IMG/VR virus record: IMGVR_UViG_3300006358_000003
Reading direction: 5' to 3' (one strand)
Length of the DNA: 20,000 bases
Origin: an uncultured virus (IMG/VR IMGVR_UViG_3300006358_000003)
Taxonomy: Duplodnaviria; Heunggongvirae; Uroviricota; Caudoviricetes
A program made the translations under genes and the position numbers. Each line of letters begins with the position of its first letter. Positions within the stretch are counted from its first letter, which is position 1. A model generated the notes under the pieces. That model was not told where the DNA came from and did not search any database. It saw only the letters and a list, made by a program, of their open reading frames with translations. Below, in pieces: positions 1-7,407 of the stretch.

Positions 1-144
1 ATTGCCTGCGCTATGACGATCCTGGATCTCTTTCCATAAGTCAGGATGTTTGATCCTCCATCGCCTAGCTTCCTCAGCGCGCTTAGACTTGTTCTCTGGC
101 CTAGCCCGCCATTCTTTGACGTACTCGTACTTACTCTTTGCCAT
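1..144 (-). CDS. Partial gene running off the left edge; basic N-terminus resembling the leaders of phage HNH/endonuclease-VII-type proteins
   Basis: ATG at 144 opens a frame to position 1: MAKSKYEYVKEWRARPENKSKRAEEARRWRIKHPDLWKEIQDRHSAGN. GC is lower than in the flanking genes. No catalytic motif is inside the window. Confidence 0.5.
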   Translation of the reverse strand, partial: MAKSKYEYVKEWRARPENKSKRAEEARRWRIKHPDLWKEIQDRHSAGN

Positions 145-149
145 ACCCC

Positions 150-155
150 ATTATA
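150..155 (-). promoter_or_regulatory. Consensus -10 box (TATAAT), possibly driving a leaderless transcript
   Basis: Minus strand reads TATAAT-GGGGT-ATG(144). There is no Shine-Dalgarno and no recognisable -35. Confidence 0.4.
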
Positions 156-199
156 GACGCTGCCGTCCTGTATAGGGTAGGGATTAGTCAGCCTCGCCA

Positions 200-523
200 T
201 CAGCCTACGGCTTCTGCCTCGTTGCCCTTGCTCGGCGCATCGGTCGTGTTGTGCCCCGAGGACATCGGCGAACCGCCTGCCGACTTCATGCCGCGGATCG
301 ATCCGCCGTGCTTGCGGCCCGGCAGTGCCCCGCCGCGCGCGCGCTTGTCCATGCGCTCCTCCGACGCCGATCCTTCAACCGAACCGCCCGACTTGCGCGC
401 CTTGGTCTTGCCGCCGCGCTTGAAGCCGTCGCCCGTCTCCTTCATGGCGGACTCGGCCGCAGGCGAGCCCTTGGCGTTGTAGAGGGTGGTGCGGCCACCA
501 GCCGCGCGGCGCTTACGTGCCAT
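200..523 (-). CDS. Basic Gly-rich protein with repeated xxxGG motifs (putative virion/internal protein)
   Basis: 107 aa. SD AGGAG upstream. Contains RAAGG, FKRGG, RKSGG, RARGG, RKHGG and KSAGG. Confidence 0.7.
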   Translation of the reverse strand: MARKRRAAGGRTTLYNAKGSPAAESAMKETGDGFKRGGKTKARKSGGSVEGSASEERMDKRARGGALPGRKHGGSIRGMKSAGGSPMSSGHNTTDAPSKGNEAEAVG

Positions 524-532
524 GTAGTGCTC

Positions 533-865
533 CTATTGAACCAATCCGGCCTGGATCGCCTCGGCGGTCACGGTGCCGGTGCCGACAGTCACGGTTATGC
601 GCCACCCGCGCACAGGGAAGGTGAAGGTGAACGACGCATTTGCCGTGGATCCGGCCAGCGTCGTTGGCCGCACTCTGATCGTGTCGGCGGGGCCGTGATA
701 CCAGCTAAATCCCTGGGCGAAGTCATCCATCGTGTACTCAAGCGAATACGTCGCCGAGCCCGTGACCGTCGTCTCGATCTGGAGGTTGAACGGCGTCAGA
801 TGGATGTCCGCGTTCTTCCAGCCGCTCGACCCGACGCCAGTCTGCGACATGATGACCGGCAGCAT
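533..865 (-). CDS. Putative virion structural protein (beta-rich, 110 aa)
   Basis: The likely start is MLPVIMSQTG at 865, in a TAATG overlap with the upstream stop. Thr/Val/Gly-rich and in the head module. Confidence 0.7.
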   Translation of the reverse strand: MLPVIMSQTGVGSSGWKNADIHLTPFNLQIETTVTGSATYSLEYTMDDFAQGFSWYHGPADTIRVRPTTLAGSTANASFTFTFPVRGWRITVTVGTGTVTAEAIQAGLVQ

Positions 866-1311
866 TAGAAATTGCTGTCCGACTGGTCGATGTTCATGTC
901 GTAGAACATCGTCACGACGGTATTCCCGGCAGCCGCCGATCCCACCGGTGTCACCGTCACCACCACGCTGGTGTTCGCGCCCACGTTCGCCATCGCGGCA
1001 AGCTGCGGTCCGGTGTAGGTCGGCCGAAGCCGCCCCGCCGCCGCCTTCACGTCGACGCCGGACACATACTGCGTGCCCGCCGCTGCGGTGCCGATGGAGA
1101 GTGTGTCCGAGGTCGCCGAGGTCCACGCCACGGTGGTGTCGATGGTGAAGTCGATAATCTGGCACGCGGGCGGGATTGTCATGGTCGCCGACACGGCATT
1201 CGTGGTGTTGTGGACCAGCGTCACGGTCTGGTTCAGCAGCGCGCTGCCGGAGTTTGCGGCAGTCGATCCGACCAGCACCGGGCCGCCAAAGTTTGTTCCT
1301 GGACCTGCCAT
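865..1311 (-). CDS. Putative capsid decoration/structural protein
   Basis: 148 aa, Thr/Ala/Val-rich with a beta-strand pattern. SD GGAG. Lies downstream of the major capsid gene. Confidence 0.7.
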   Translation of the reverse strand: MAGPGTNFGGPVLVGSTAANSGSALLNQTVTLVHNTTNAVSATMTIPPACQIIDFTIDTTVAWTSATSDTLSIGTAAAGTQYVSGVDVKAAAGRLRPTYTGPQLAAMANVGANTSVVVTVTPVGSAAAGNTVVTMFYDMNIDQSDSNF

Positions 1312-1333
1312 CTAGGCGGTCTCCTTCCTCGAC

Positions 1334-1450
1334 CTAGTAGCGCATCATCCCGGCACCGTATTTGACCTTGCCGCTGTCCTTCGTGGACTTCTCGGCAGTC
1401 GGCTCCGGCGCCTTGGTTTCTGCGGGGGCTTGCTTGGTGGTGGTGGTCAT
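1334..1450 (-). CDS. 38-aa peptide of unknown function
   Basis: Strong SD AAGGAGA 7 nt before the ATG at 1450. Sequence MTTTTKQAPAETKAPEPTAEKSTKDSGKVKYGAGMMRY. Confidence 0.6.
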   Translation of the reverse strand: MTTTTKQAPAETKAPEPTAEKSTKDSGKVKYGAGMMRY

Positions 1451-1475
1451 TGGTCGGTCTCCTTGCGGTCGCGGG

Positions 1476-2384
1476 TTACGAAGTCGGCGCTGTCCACCAA
1501 ATACCGCGGGGATTTTTGATGCCCGACCCATAGCGCTCGAACCCGATGACGAGCAGGTTCCCCGTCGTGGGATCGACCTGCAAATCCATCTCGAATGCAG
1601 TGCGCTCGTAGAACACAAGGCCCTTGACGCTCGTGGTGATCCCCCAGGCGAAGTTGCTCGTGAGGAACTCGGAGACCGCGAATCCGCCAGGCAGCGCGCC
1701 GCTCGACAGGATCGCCGACACGTCGTTGTTCGCTGTGCCAACGCGCAGCTCGGTCTTGAACAGCCGCTCCGCCTGCCACTGAAGCGCCAGCGGCACGATG
1801 ACCTTCTCGCCGCGCACCATCGCCAGCAAGCCGGCCTGATCGGGAAACTGCCTGATCTGGTTCAGCGCCGTCTCGACCGCGCTCTCGTTGAAGTCCAGAT
1901 CGACGGTCGGCCGGTTGGCGTAGGTGCCGTTGTCGATCGGGTGGTCGACCGCCGCGAGCGCCTTGCCGTCACCGCCGAACTGCGGGTTGTACACCGTCGC
2001 CGAGTTCAGAAGCTGGTGGACCAGGATTTCCTTCGTCTGCGCGAAGCTCTCCATCAACCCCATGCTCTGCGGGTTGAACTGGTCCTTGTAGAGATTGTCG
2101 TCCAACGCCTCGCGGGTAATCGCGAAGCCCAGGCCAACGGACCGATGCTCGATATTCCAGACGAAGCGCTCGCCAGCGGCGTTGTCGAAGGTGGTTGCGT
2201 TCCCTTCGCCTTTGAGTTGGGCCAGGCCGGTGTAGCGAGCCTCGGCAACGCGCTCCAGCGCCATCTTGCTGGTGCCCGTCGCCATGAACTCGCGCCACCG
2301 GGTCTGGATCTGCGGATACTTGCCTTCGATGTCGGCGAGACCGGGGAGCAGAAAGTCCCGGATTTGGCTTCTGTTGATTGCCAT
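1476..2384 (-). CDS. Major capsid protein
   Basis: 302 aa. N-terminus MAINRSQIRDFLLPGL, GLGFAITREALDDNLY and C-terminal ERYGSG..NPRGIW match the capsid family common in GroES-carrying environmental phages. Position in the head module fits. Confidence 0.85.
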   Translation of the reverse strand: MAINRSQIRDFLLPGLADIEGKYPQIQTRWREFMATGTSKMALERVAEARYTGLAQLKGEGNATTFDNAAGERFVWNIEHRSVGLGFAITREALDDNLYKDQFNPQSMGLMESFAQTKEILVHQLLNSATVYNPQFGGDGKALAAVDHPIDNGTYANRPTVDLDFNESAVETALNQIRQFPDQAGLLAMVRGEKVIVPLALQWQAERLFKTELRVGTANNDVSAILSSGALPGGFAVSEFLTSNFAWGITTSVKGLVFYERTAFEMDLQVDPTTGNLLVIGFERYGSGIKNPRGIWWTAPTS

Positions 2385-2396
2385 TGCCGGGCGCTC

Positions 2397-3014
2397 CTAT
2401 GCCTGACCTGTCCGCGTCCCAGCCGGATACGGATTGGTGTTCATCATCACTTCGAGGATCTGGTTGTCGTTCAACTCGCTGTAGTTGAACGGGGCGCCGT
2501 TGGCCGGAGCACCGACGATCCTCAGGATGCGGAACGGCAGCGTCGCCGTGTTGGCCGGCGTCGCATCCAGCGCGCATGTGCTGATAAGCGCCGGTGCCAG
2601 CGTCGGAACGCCCGAGGTGCCCGTGAAGATGTCGACGTTCAGGCCGATGCTGCTCTGCGTGATGGCAGTCCCGCGCATCTGCGCCTGGAACGTCATCAGC
2701 GGATCATTGTCCACGAAGCACTCGACCACGGTCGTGCTGGCCAGAGTCGGCGCCGTCCAGCCTGCGAACCACTCGACCCTGCCGGTCGCGGCCGACAGAT
2801 ACCGGCAGCCGCGGAAGATCCCGAGGATCGTCGTGTCGCCCTTGGCGAACAGCCGCACCGTGCCATCGGTGAACAGCTTGCAGGGGTCTCCGAACGCGAT
2901 CTGGGTCGCGTAGTTGTACGCGATGTTGAAACTGCGCTGGGCGTAGTTGGGGGAACCACCAGCGTATTGCCGGCTGGTGGAAAAACCGCTGGGGGCAAGC
3001 GTGTTCGCTGCCAT
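2397..3014 (-). CDS. Putative capsid decoration/cement protein
   Basis: Starts MAANTLAPSGF at 3014 with SD GGAG; 205 aa. Contains IAFGDP and GIFRGCRY...DNDP motifs, typical of the gene directly upstream of this capsid family. Confidence 0.65.
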   Translation of the reverse strand: MAANTLAPSGFSTSRQYAGGSPNYAQRSFNIAYNYATQIAFGDPCKLFTDGTVRLFAKGDTTILGIFRGCRYLSAATGRVEWFAGWTAPTLASTTVVECFVDNDPLMTFQAQMRGTAITQSSIGLNVDIFTGTSGVPTLAPALISTCALDATPANTATLPFRILRIVGAPANGAPFNYSELNDNQILEVMMNTNPYPAGTRTGQA

Positions 3015-3022
3015 GGGTGACT

Positions 3023-3145
3023 CCGCTTCAAGAGCGGCAACCACACGGCGCGTGGGTAGCCTGGGGTTATTCGGGAGGGGAGAGACCGGCGCGGCCTCTC
3101 CCCCTGCTTTCGATGTGCTAAGCCCCCGGCGCGGGGGTTCCAGGC
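3023..3145 (-). promoter_or_regulatory. Structured 5' leader of the capsid operon (multi-hairpin)
   Basis: Hairpins at 3023-3037, 3044-3054, 3077-3103 and 3123-3137, plus an outer pairing GCCTGG 3059-3064 / CCAGGC 3140-3145. Three hairpins share the apex CG-GCG-CG. Confidence 0.6.
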
Positions 3146-3179
3146 AAAGCGCGAGCGCTACATCTGGCGAGCGGCGGCG

Positions 3180-3209
3180 AGTATGCCGTCATTTTGGGCA
3201 GATACGCAA
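3180..3209 (-). promoter_or_regulatory. Sigma70-like promoter for the capsid operon
   Basis: Minus strand TTGCGT (3209-3204), 18-nt spacer, CATACT (3185-3180), in an AT-richer intergenic stretch. Confidence 0.5.
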
Positions 3210-3216
3210 GTATGTT

Positions 3217-3447
3217 TCAACGGCTGTGGCGAAGGGCATTGCTGGGGAAGCTGATCCCTGGCGATGCGGCGGCAGCTAGACGCTCCGCCAGCAGCTTACC
3301 CAGCAGATCATGCAGCCTGGCGATCTCCCGGTCCCGGACCTGGATCGCTTGCCCAGCCAGGTCCAAAGCCGACCGCAGGCACGCAATTCGCGTCTCGTGG
3401 CTGAACGGAACCATGTTCAGCCGCAACTCCTCCTCGGTCTGCATCAA
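3217..3447 (-). CDS. Hypothetical protein
   Basis: 76 aa, helical. ATGA overlap with the upstream stop. Confidence 0.55.
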   Translation of the reverse strand: MMQTEEELRLNMVPFSHETRIACLRSALDLAGQAIQVRDREIARLHDLLGKLLAERLAAAASPGISFPSNALRHSR

Positions 3448-3896
3448 TCGTCCTCCACCATCCGCTCCTGATCCGGCGCCGGTCCGATCGACTTCTTGAT
3501 CCCGCGCCCCATTTGTCTGGACAGCCCGAGCCGCTGCATCTGGCTCGCCACCTGGTGCTTGGCCGCAAACCCGTCCAACTCGCGCGCCTCCTCGGTGATC
3601 TCTTTCGGCCGCTCCATCAGCATCTGGCCGCCGCGCACGATCTCCGCGCCGGCCTGGAGCCGCGTTCCGCTCAGTTCGGGGTGCCGCTCGGCAGGGACCG
3701 GCGTCCAGCCGTTGGCGTCGAGGTTCACGAGGTGCTCGATATCCTCGGACCCCATGAACGTCTTACGCTTCCACTCATAGTGCATGCCGGGCGGAATGCG
3801 GCTGGTATCGATGTCATAGCGGTTGCCGGGCGTTCTGATCTGGAGCCGCCCCGGCAAGGAACGCTGGTCGCTGCGCTGTATCGGTCGCTGGGCCAT
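3444..3896 (-). CDS. Conserved phage head-region protein of unknown function
   Basis: 150 aa with IPPGMHYEWKR, GWTPVPAERHPE and GGQMLMERP. It is typical of the gene between scaffold and capsid genes in such phages. Confidence 0.7.
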   Translation of the reverse strand: MAQRPIQRSDQRSLPGRLQIRTPGNRYDIDTSRIPPGMHYEWKRKTFMGSEDIEHLVNLDANGWTPVPAERHPELSGTRLQAGAEIVRGGQMLMERPKEITEEARELDGFAAKHQVASQMQRLGLSRQMGRGIKKSIGPAPDQERMVEDD

Positions 3897-4108
3897 CAGG
3901 CCGTCTCCTTCCCAGTCAGATACGCCGCGATCTTGCGTGCGGCGGCTATGAAACTGTCTACGTCGCCGACGAGGTTCATGCGCAAAGCCATCTCCATCGC
4001 CTGCGCGCGCGCGTAGTCATCTTGCATCAGAGTCGTGATATGCGGCGCGGCCGGCGTTCTTTCCCATTCGGCCGCCCATTCATTCTTAGGCTCCTGATAA
4101 ATAGCCAT
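3896..4108 (-). CDS. Hypothetical protein
   Basis: 70 aa. TGATG overlaps at both ends. Confidence 0.55.
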   Translation of the reverse strand: MAIYQEPKNEWAAEWERTPAAPHITTLMQDDYARAQAMEMALRMNLVGDVDSFIAAARKIAAYLTGKETA

Positions 4109-5019
4109 CAGTTCAACCTCCCCTGGCTTCTGAGCTGCGCCTTGAGCGCCGCGTATTTCCGATACCGCCCTGGCACCAGAACCCCATTCACCATCTGGTC
4201 TTCGATCGGCGTATCGCCCATCGTGTCGTCCGCTGCCTCGCGCTCTTCGGCCGTCAGCCGCACCTCGCCGGCCCGCGGCATCCCACCACCAGCCCGACGC
4301 GACACCGGCAACGCACCGCCGTTCACCTCTCTACGGCGCGGCGCCGGATCCTCGTCCGCCTCCGTCTGCCGCTGCTGGCGTCCACCGCCCAGCCTGGAGT
4401 CGATGTGGTCGAAGTAGGCATCGCTATCGACCGCAATGCCTTCGGCCGCTGCATCGTAGTGCGCCGCGGCCACCTTCGCCCGGAACCGCTCGCTGGTCTT
4501 GAACTCGGGATGATCCTCGATCCACTGCCGCTGCCGTGGCGAGTACTGCGCCAGGTCTACCCCACCGCTCTGCTGCCGCGGCGTCGGCGCTTGCTTCGCC
4601 TGCTCGACCGCGATCTTCAGCCATTCCTTCTTCTGCTGCACTAGCGAGATCTGGCTTTCCGCCCGGGCCAGCGCCCTGTAGACCTTGCCGGCCTCAGCGT
4701 AGTTGCCGTCCGCGTTCAGTTGCGCGATCTGCGCCTCGAGCGCGACTGCCTCTGCCTCAGTCGCAGCGAGCGTGGCATCGAGCGACTGCTCCTCTGCCAC
4801 CCACCGCTGATCGGTCGCCGTAGCAGCCGAGCCCCTTGCCTCATCCCGCTCACGCTCTGCTCGTTGCGCGCGCTCCTGTTCGGCCGCGCGCGCCCGCCGC
4901 TCCTTCGCCAGCAGTTCCCGCAGATCGTCGTCCGACACCGCCTCGTGGCCGTTGCCGTTGGGCTTCGACGCCGCACCTCCTGTGCCAACGTCGTCCTCGT
5001 CGTCGATGTAGCCACTCAT
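4108..5019 (-). CDS. Putative capsid scaffolding protein
   Basis: 303 aa with an acidic N-terminus, a long Ala/Glu/Arg coiled coil and a basic C-terminal helix (VRLTAEERE...KYAALK). SD GGAGGAG. Lies between portal and capsid genes. Confidence 0.6.
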   Translation of the reverse strand: MSGYIDDEDDVGTGGAASKPNGNGHEAVSDDDLRELLAKERRARAAEQERAQRAERERDEARGSAATATDQRWVAEEQSLDATLAATEAEAVALEAQIAQLNADGNYAEAGKVYRALARAESQISLVQQKKEWLKIAVEQAKQAPTPRQQSGGVDLAQYSPRQRQWIEDHPEFKTSERFRAKVAAAHYDAAAEGIAVDSDAYFDHIDSRLGGGRQQRQTEADEDPAPRRREVNGGALPVSRRAGGGMPRAGEVRLTAEEREAADDTMGDTPIEDQMVNGVLVPGRYRKYAALKAQLRSQGRLN

Positions 5020-5023
5020 TGGG

Positions 5024-5260
5024 TTACTCCTCCGCCAGCGCGGCGGTCAGGGTTGCTTTCAGCCAGCGGGATACGTGATCCCGCAGCAGCACCGCTGGAT
5101 CGATTGCGGCCAGCCGGCGGCGCGCTTCGGCTGCCATATCTGGGTTCATCCGTAGCGCGCGCTGCATCGTCGCCATCGACGGCACAACCGCGTTCTCCCG
5201 GAGCCCGCTATCTCTCGCGCACGTCGCGAGCAGTTCATCGAGGGTGGGCGTTCCCGTCAC
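5024..5260 (-). CDS. Hypothetical protein (78 aa)
   Basis: Probable GTG start at 5260 in a GTGA overlap with the groES stop. The upstream part of the 245-aa ORF overlaps groES and is unlikely to be real. Confidence 0.5.
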   Translation of the reverse strand: MTGTPTLDELLATCARDSGLRENAVVPSMATMQRALRMNPDMAAEARRRLAAIDPAVLLRDHVSRWLKATLTAALAEE

Positions 5261-5661
5261 ATCACCACGTCCGGCTGCTTGAGGATCAGCTTCACGTCCA
5301 CGTCCTCGACCACACGGCAGCGGCGCGGGCCAAGCTCGAACGCCCATGTGTCTCCTACGTTCACCGCGACCCAGTCGCCGACCTTCGGCGTGACCGCTCC
5401 CCAACGGTGCGTGGCGTCCTCGGTGAACGCCATTTCGCCCATCGCCAGGATCAGACCGCACTTGCCTTGGAAGGTGTCTTCCTTCCGCATGCCCTGGTTC
5501 TCTGGGAGAAGGATCCCGCTCCTGGTCCGCACTGGGCGGATGTAGACCGCCAGCAGCACCTCGGTGCCAAGCGGCTGCACGTCGGCCAGATACGGGCCGA
5601 TCTCCTCCATGATCTCCTGCTTCGGGTCGACCGTGTGAAGCATCGCAACAGCGGTTGCCAT
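5257..5661 (-). CDS. groES: GroES/Cpn10-like co-chaperonin
   Basis: QPLGTEVLLAV, mobile-loop-like RTRSGILLPE, GLILAMGEMAF and KVGDWV are Cpn10 signature elements. Confidence 0.85.
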   Translation of the reverse strand: MATAVAMLHTVDPKQEIMEEIGPYLADVQPLGTEVLLAVYIRPVRTRSGILLPENQGMRKEDTFQGKCGLILAMGEMAFTEDATHRWGAVTPKVGDWVAVNVGDTWAFELGPRRCRVVEDVDVKLILKQPDVVM

Positions 5662-5880
5662 TCAGCCCTCTACCTTTGTGAGTTCCCGCGCCTCGGCGAT
5701 CACCCAGCGCAGCGCTGCCAGGTATCCCATCGCGCCCCGGTAATCCTCGAGCGTCGCACACTTGTTCTCGACTACGATGCGCGCCCGTTCGTCGTAGTGC
5801 TCCACAATCCGCGGCCCCAGGCGCACCCAGAGCCGAGGGTCGTGGTAGGTCGGTCGGCCATCGTCAGGCAGGAGGGTCAA
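5662..5880 (-). CDS. Small conserved phage protein upstream of groES
   Basis: 72 aa, TTG start overlapping the upstream stop. Contains the helix LEDYRGAMGYLAALRWV. Confidence 0.6.
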   Translation of the reverse strand: MTLLPDDGRPTYHDPRLWVRLGPRIVEHYDERARIVVENKCATLEDYRGAMGYLAALRWVIAEARELTKVEG

Positions 5881-6380
5881 CGCTTCTTCCCGCCATACGC
5901 CTTGATCTTCTCCAGCCGTCCCTCGCCGCCACCCGCACCATCGTCGAGCGGATAGCCCTTCAGCGCGCCGCCCCGCTTCATCCCAGGCGGTCGCATTCCG
6001 GGAGGCATGCCGCCGGCTAGGCCGGGGGGAGGTCCACCCGGCGGCATCCCCGCACCAGGAGGCAGAGGACCACCTGGCATCGGACGCGCCAGCCCAGGCG
6101 GCCCACCCATCGGCGGACCTCCGGCCGGCACAGGCACTGGAACCGGAACACGCTGCGGCGGCTGCGCACCACCCTGCGGCGCCACGATCACGTTGACATG
6201 CGTCCCTTTGTGTTTCACGTGCCCGCCGCGCGCTCTCGCCTGCGGTGGTGCCGCTGCGTTGGCGCGCGAGACGCCGAACGCCGCCAGCCTCTCGCCCGTG
6301 CCCGGGATCATACCGCCGCCCGCATAGCCACAGCGCTTCATCAGCGCCGACGCCTTTGCCGCGTGTCCAGACTTCGCCAT
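5877..6380 (-). CDS. Pro/Gly-rich low-complexity protein with xxxGG motifs
   Basis: 167 aa. SD AAGGGAG. Contains YAGGG, RARGG and MKRGG, and ends GAGGGEGRLEKIKAYG(GKKR). Confidence 0.7.
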   Translation of the reverse strand: MAKSGHAAKASALMKRCGYAGGGMIPGTGERLAAFGVSRANAAAPPQARARGGHVKHKGTHVNVIVAPQGGAQPPQRVPVPVPVPAGGPPMGGPPGLARPMPGGPLPPGAGMPPGGPPPGLAGGMPPGMRPPGMKRGGALKGYPLDDGAGGGEGRLEKIKAYGGKKR

Positions 6381-6381
6381 G

Positions 6382-6582
6382 TCAGTCTCCCTTGATGATC
6401 GGCATCGTCCACGCCTTCACCCGAACGCGCGGCTTCCGTCGCATGAACCCGATAGGTCGTTGTATGTCGGGATATGTCTCAGCGCCGGCTTCTGCCGCGT
6501 AGCAATCGCCGCGATGCTGCGTCGGCTCGCTCTCCCACTCGTAGAACGGCAGATCGTCGGCCACCCACATGCGCGGCATCAC
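6382..6582 (-). CDS. Hypothetical protein
   Basis: 66 aa. GTGA overlap with the upstream gene. Confidence 0.45.
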   Translation of the reverse strand: MMPRMWVADDLPFYEWESEPTQHRGDCYAAEAGAETYPDIQRPIGFMRRKPRVRVKAWTMPIIKGD

Positions 6583-7175
6583 GGCACCTCGTCGAACTGC
6601 CGCAGCATCTCTGCCCCGTGTCGCGTCAGCCGCGCCGCCAGCTTGTGCCCCGGCAACTCCGAGGCGTCCGCCGGGTAGGTGCGCGTGCCGTCCGGCCAGT
6701 TCACCCAGGCGCCTTCCCAGTACTCGCCGACCTCGATCATGTCGCTTTGCCGCAGCAAGTTGTGCCGGTCGTTCTTCGGATCCAGCACCACCATCGCCGG
6801 GCGCAGGTCGCCGCGCTTCTGCACCTTGAACAGCGCATCGAGGTCGACCGCCGGATCGATCACTGCCGGGACCACCGGTGGAGTTGGCACAGGCTCGGTC
6901 CTGGTCTGCTGGAGTGCTTGCGCATCCGTCTGCTGCCCGATCGGGCCGCCAAGCGGTGGATTGAGCGGAACCTTCGGACCCTGGAGACCAGCGCGCCGTT
7001 GCGCCTCCGCAGCCGCCGCAATCTTTTCGTCGAGCAGCGCCCGGTCCTTCGCCGCCTGATCGTCGCTCCTCGGTGCTGCCGATTTGCCGCCCAGCAGATC
7101 AACCGTCCGCTGACTGTCCTTCTGCGTCTGCTCTGCCGATGACAGCGCTGCGTCCTTCGGTGCCTTGTCGCTCAT
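6579..7175 (-). CDS. Hypothetical protein
   Basis: 198 aa with a disordered N-half and a globular C-half, in a tightly packed operon. Confidence 0.6.
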   Translation of the reverse strand: MSDKAPKDAALSSAEQTQKDSQRTVDLLGGKSAAPRSDDQAAKDRALLDEKIAAAAEAQRRAGLQGPKVPLNPPLGGPIGQQTDAQALQQTRTEPVPTPPVVPAVIDPAVDLDALFKVQKRGDLRPAMVVLDPKNDRHNLLRQSDMIEVGEYWEGAWVNWPDGTRTYPADASELPGHKLAARLTRHGAEMLRQFDEVP

Positions 7176-7176
7176 C

Positions 7177-7407
7177 TCAGTTGGTTCCCTTCACCCAATC
7201 CGTGAACCGCTGCCACGGAGTGCGATGCTGCCACGCCACCTCGCGCTCGTTGGCAAGCCGCTCGATCTCGGCCTGCACCGCCGCCGCCTCAATCACCTCT
7301 GCCTCCGCTATCTCCCGGCGCTTCTGGATCGCTCGCAGTGCCGCTTCCTTGTTGCTCCTGCGTAGCAGAGTTGCGGCACGCTCCTTCGCCGTCGTGCGTG
7401 ACATCAC
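7177..7407 (-). CDS. Hypothetical coiled-coil protein
   Basis: 76 aa. GTGA overlap with the portal stop. Confidence 0.55.
   Translation of the reverse strand: MMSRTTAKERAATLLRRSNKEAALRAIQKRREIAEAEVIEAAAVQAEIERLANEREVAWQHRTPWQRFTDWVKGTN

Noticed and set aside
1334..1530. Programmed frameshift extending the major capsid protein into the 38-aa ORF
   Set aside because: Both alternative frames are open, but there is no canonical slippery heptamer (only C AAA AAT CCC C), and the peptide has its own strong SD.
3023..3180. tRNA gene in the structured intergenic region
   Set aside because: No T-loop GTTCRA in a cloverleaf context, no 7-nt anticodon loop and no acceptor stem.
5980..6190. Gly/Pro-rich tract as a collagen-like repeat
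   Set aside because: It lacks a sustained Gly-X-Y register and is simple low-complexity PPGG/MPP sequence.
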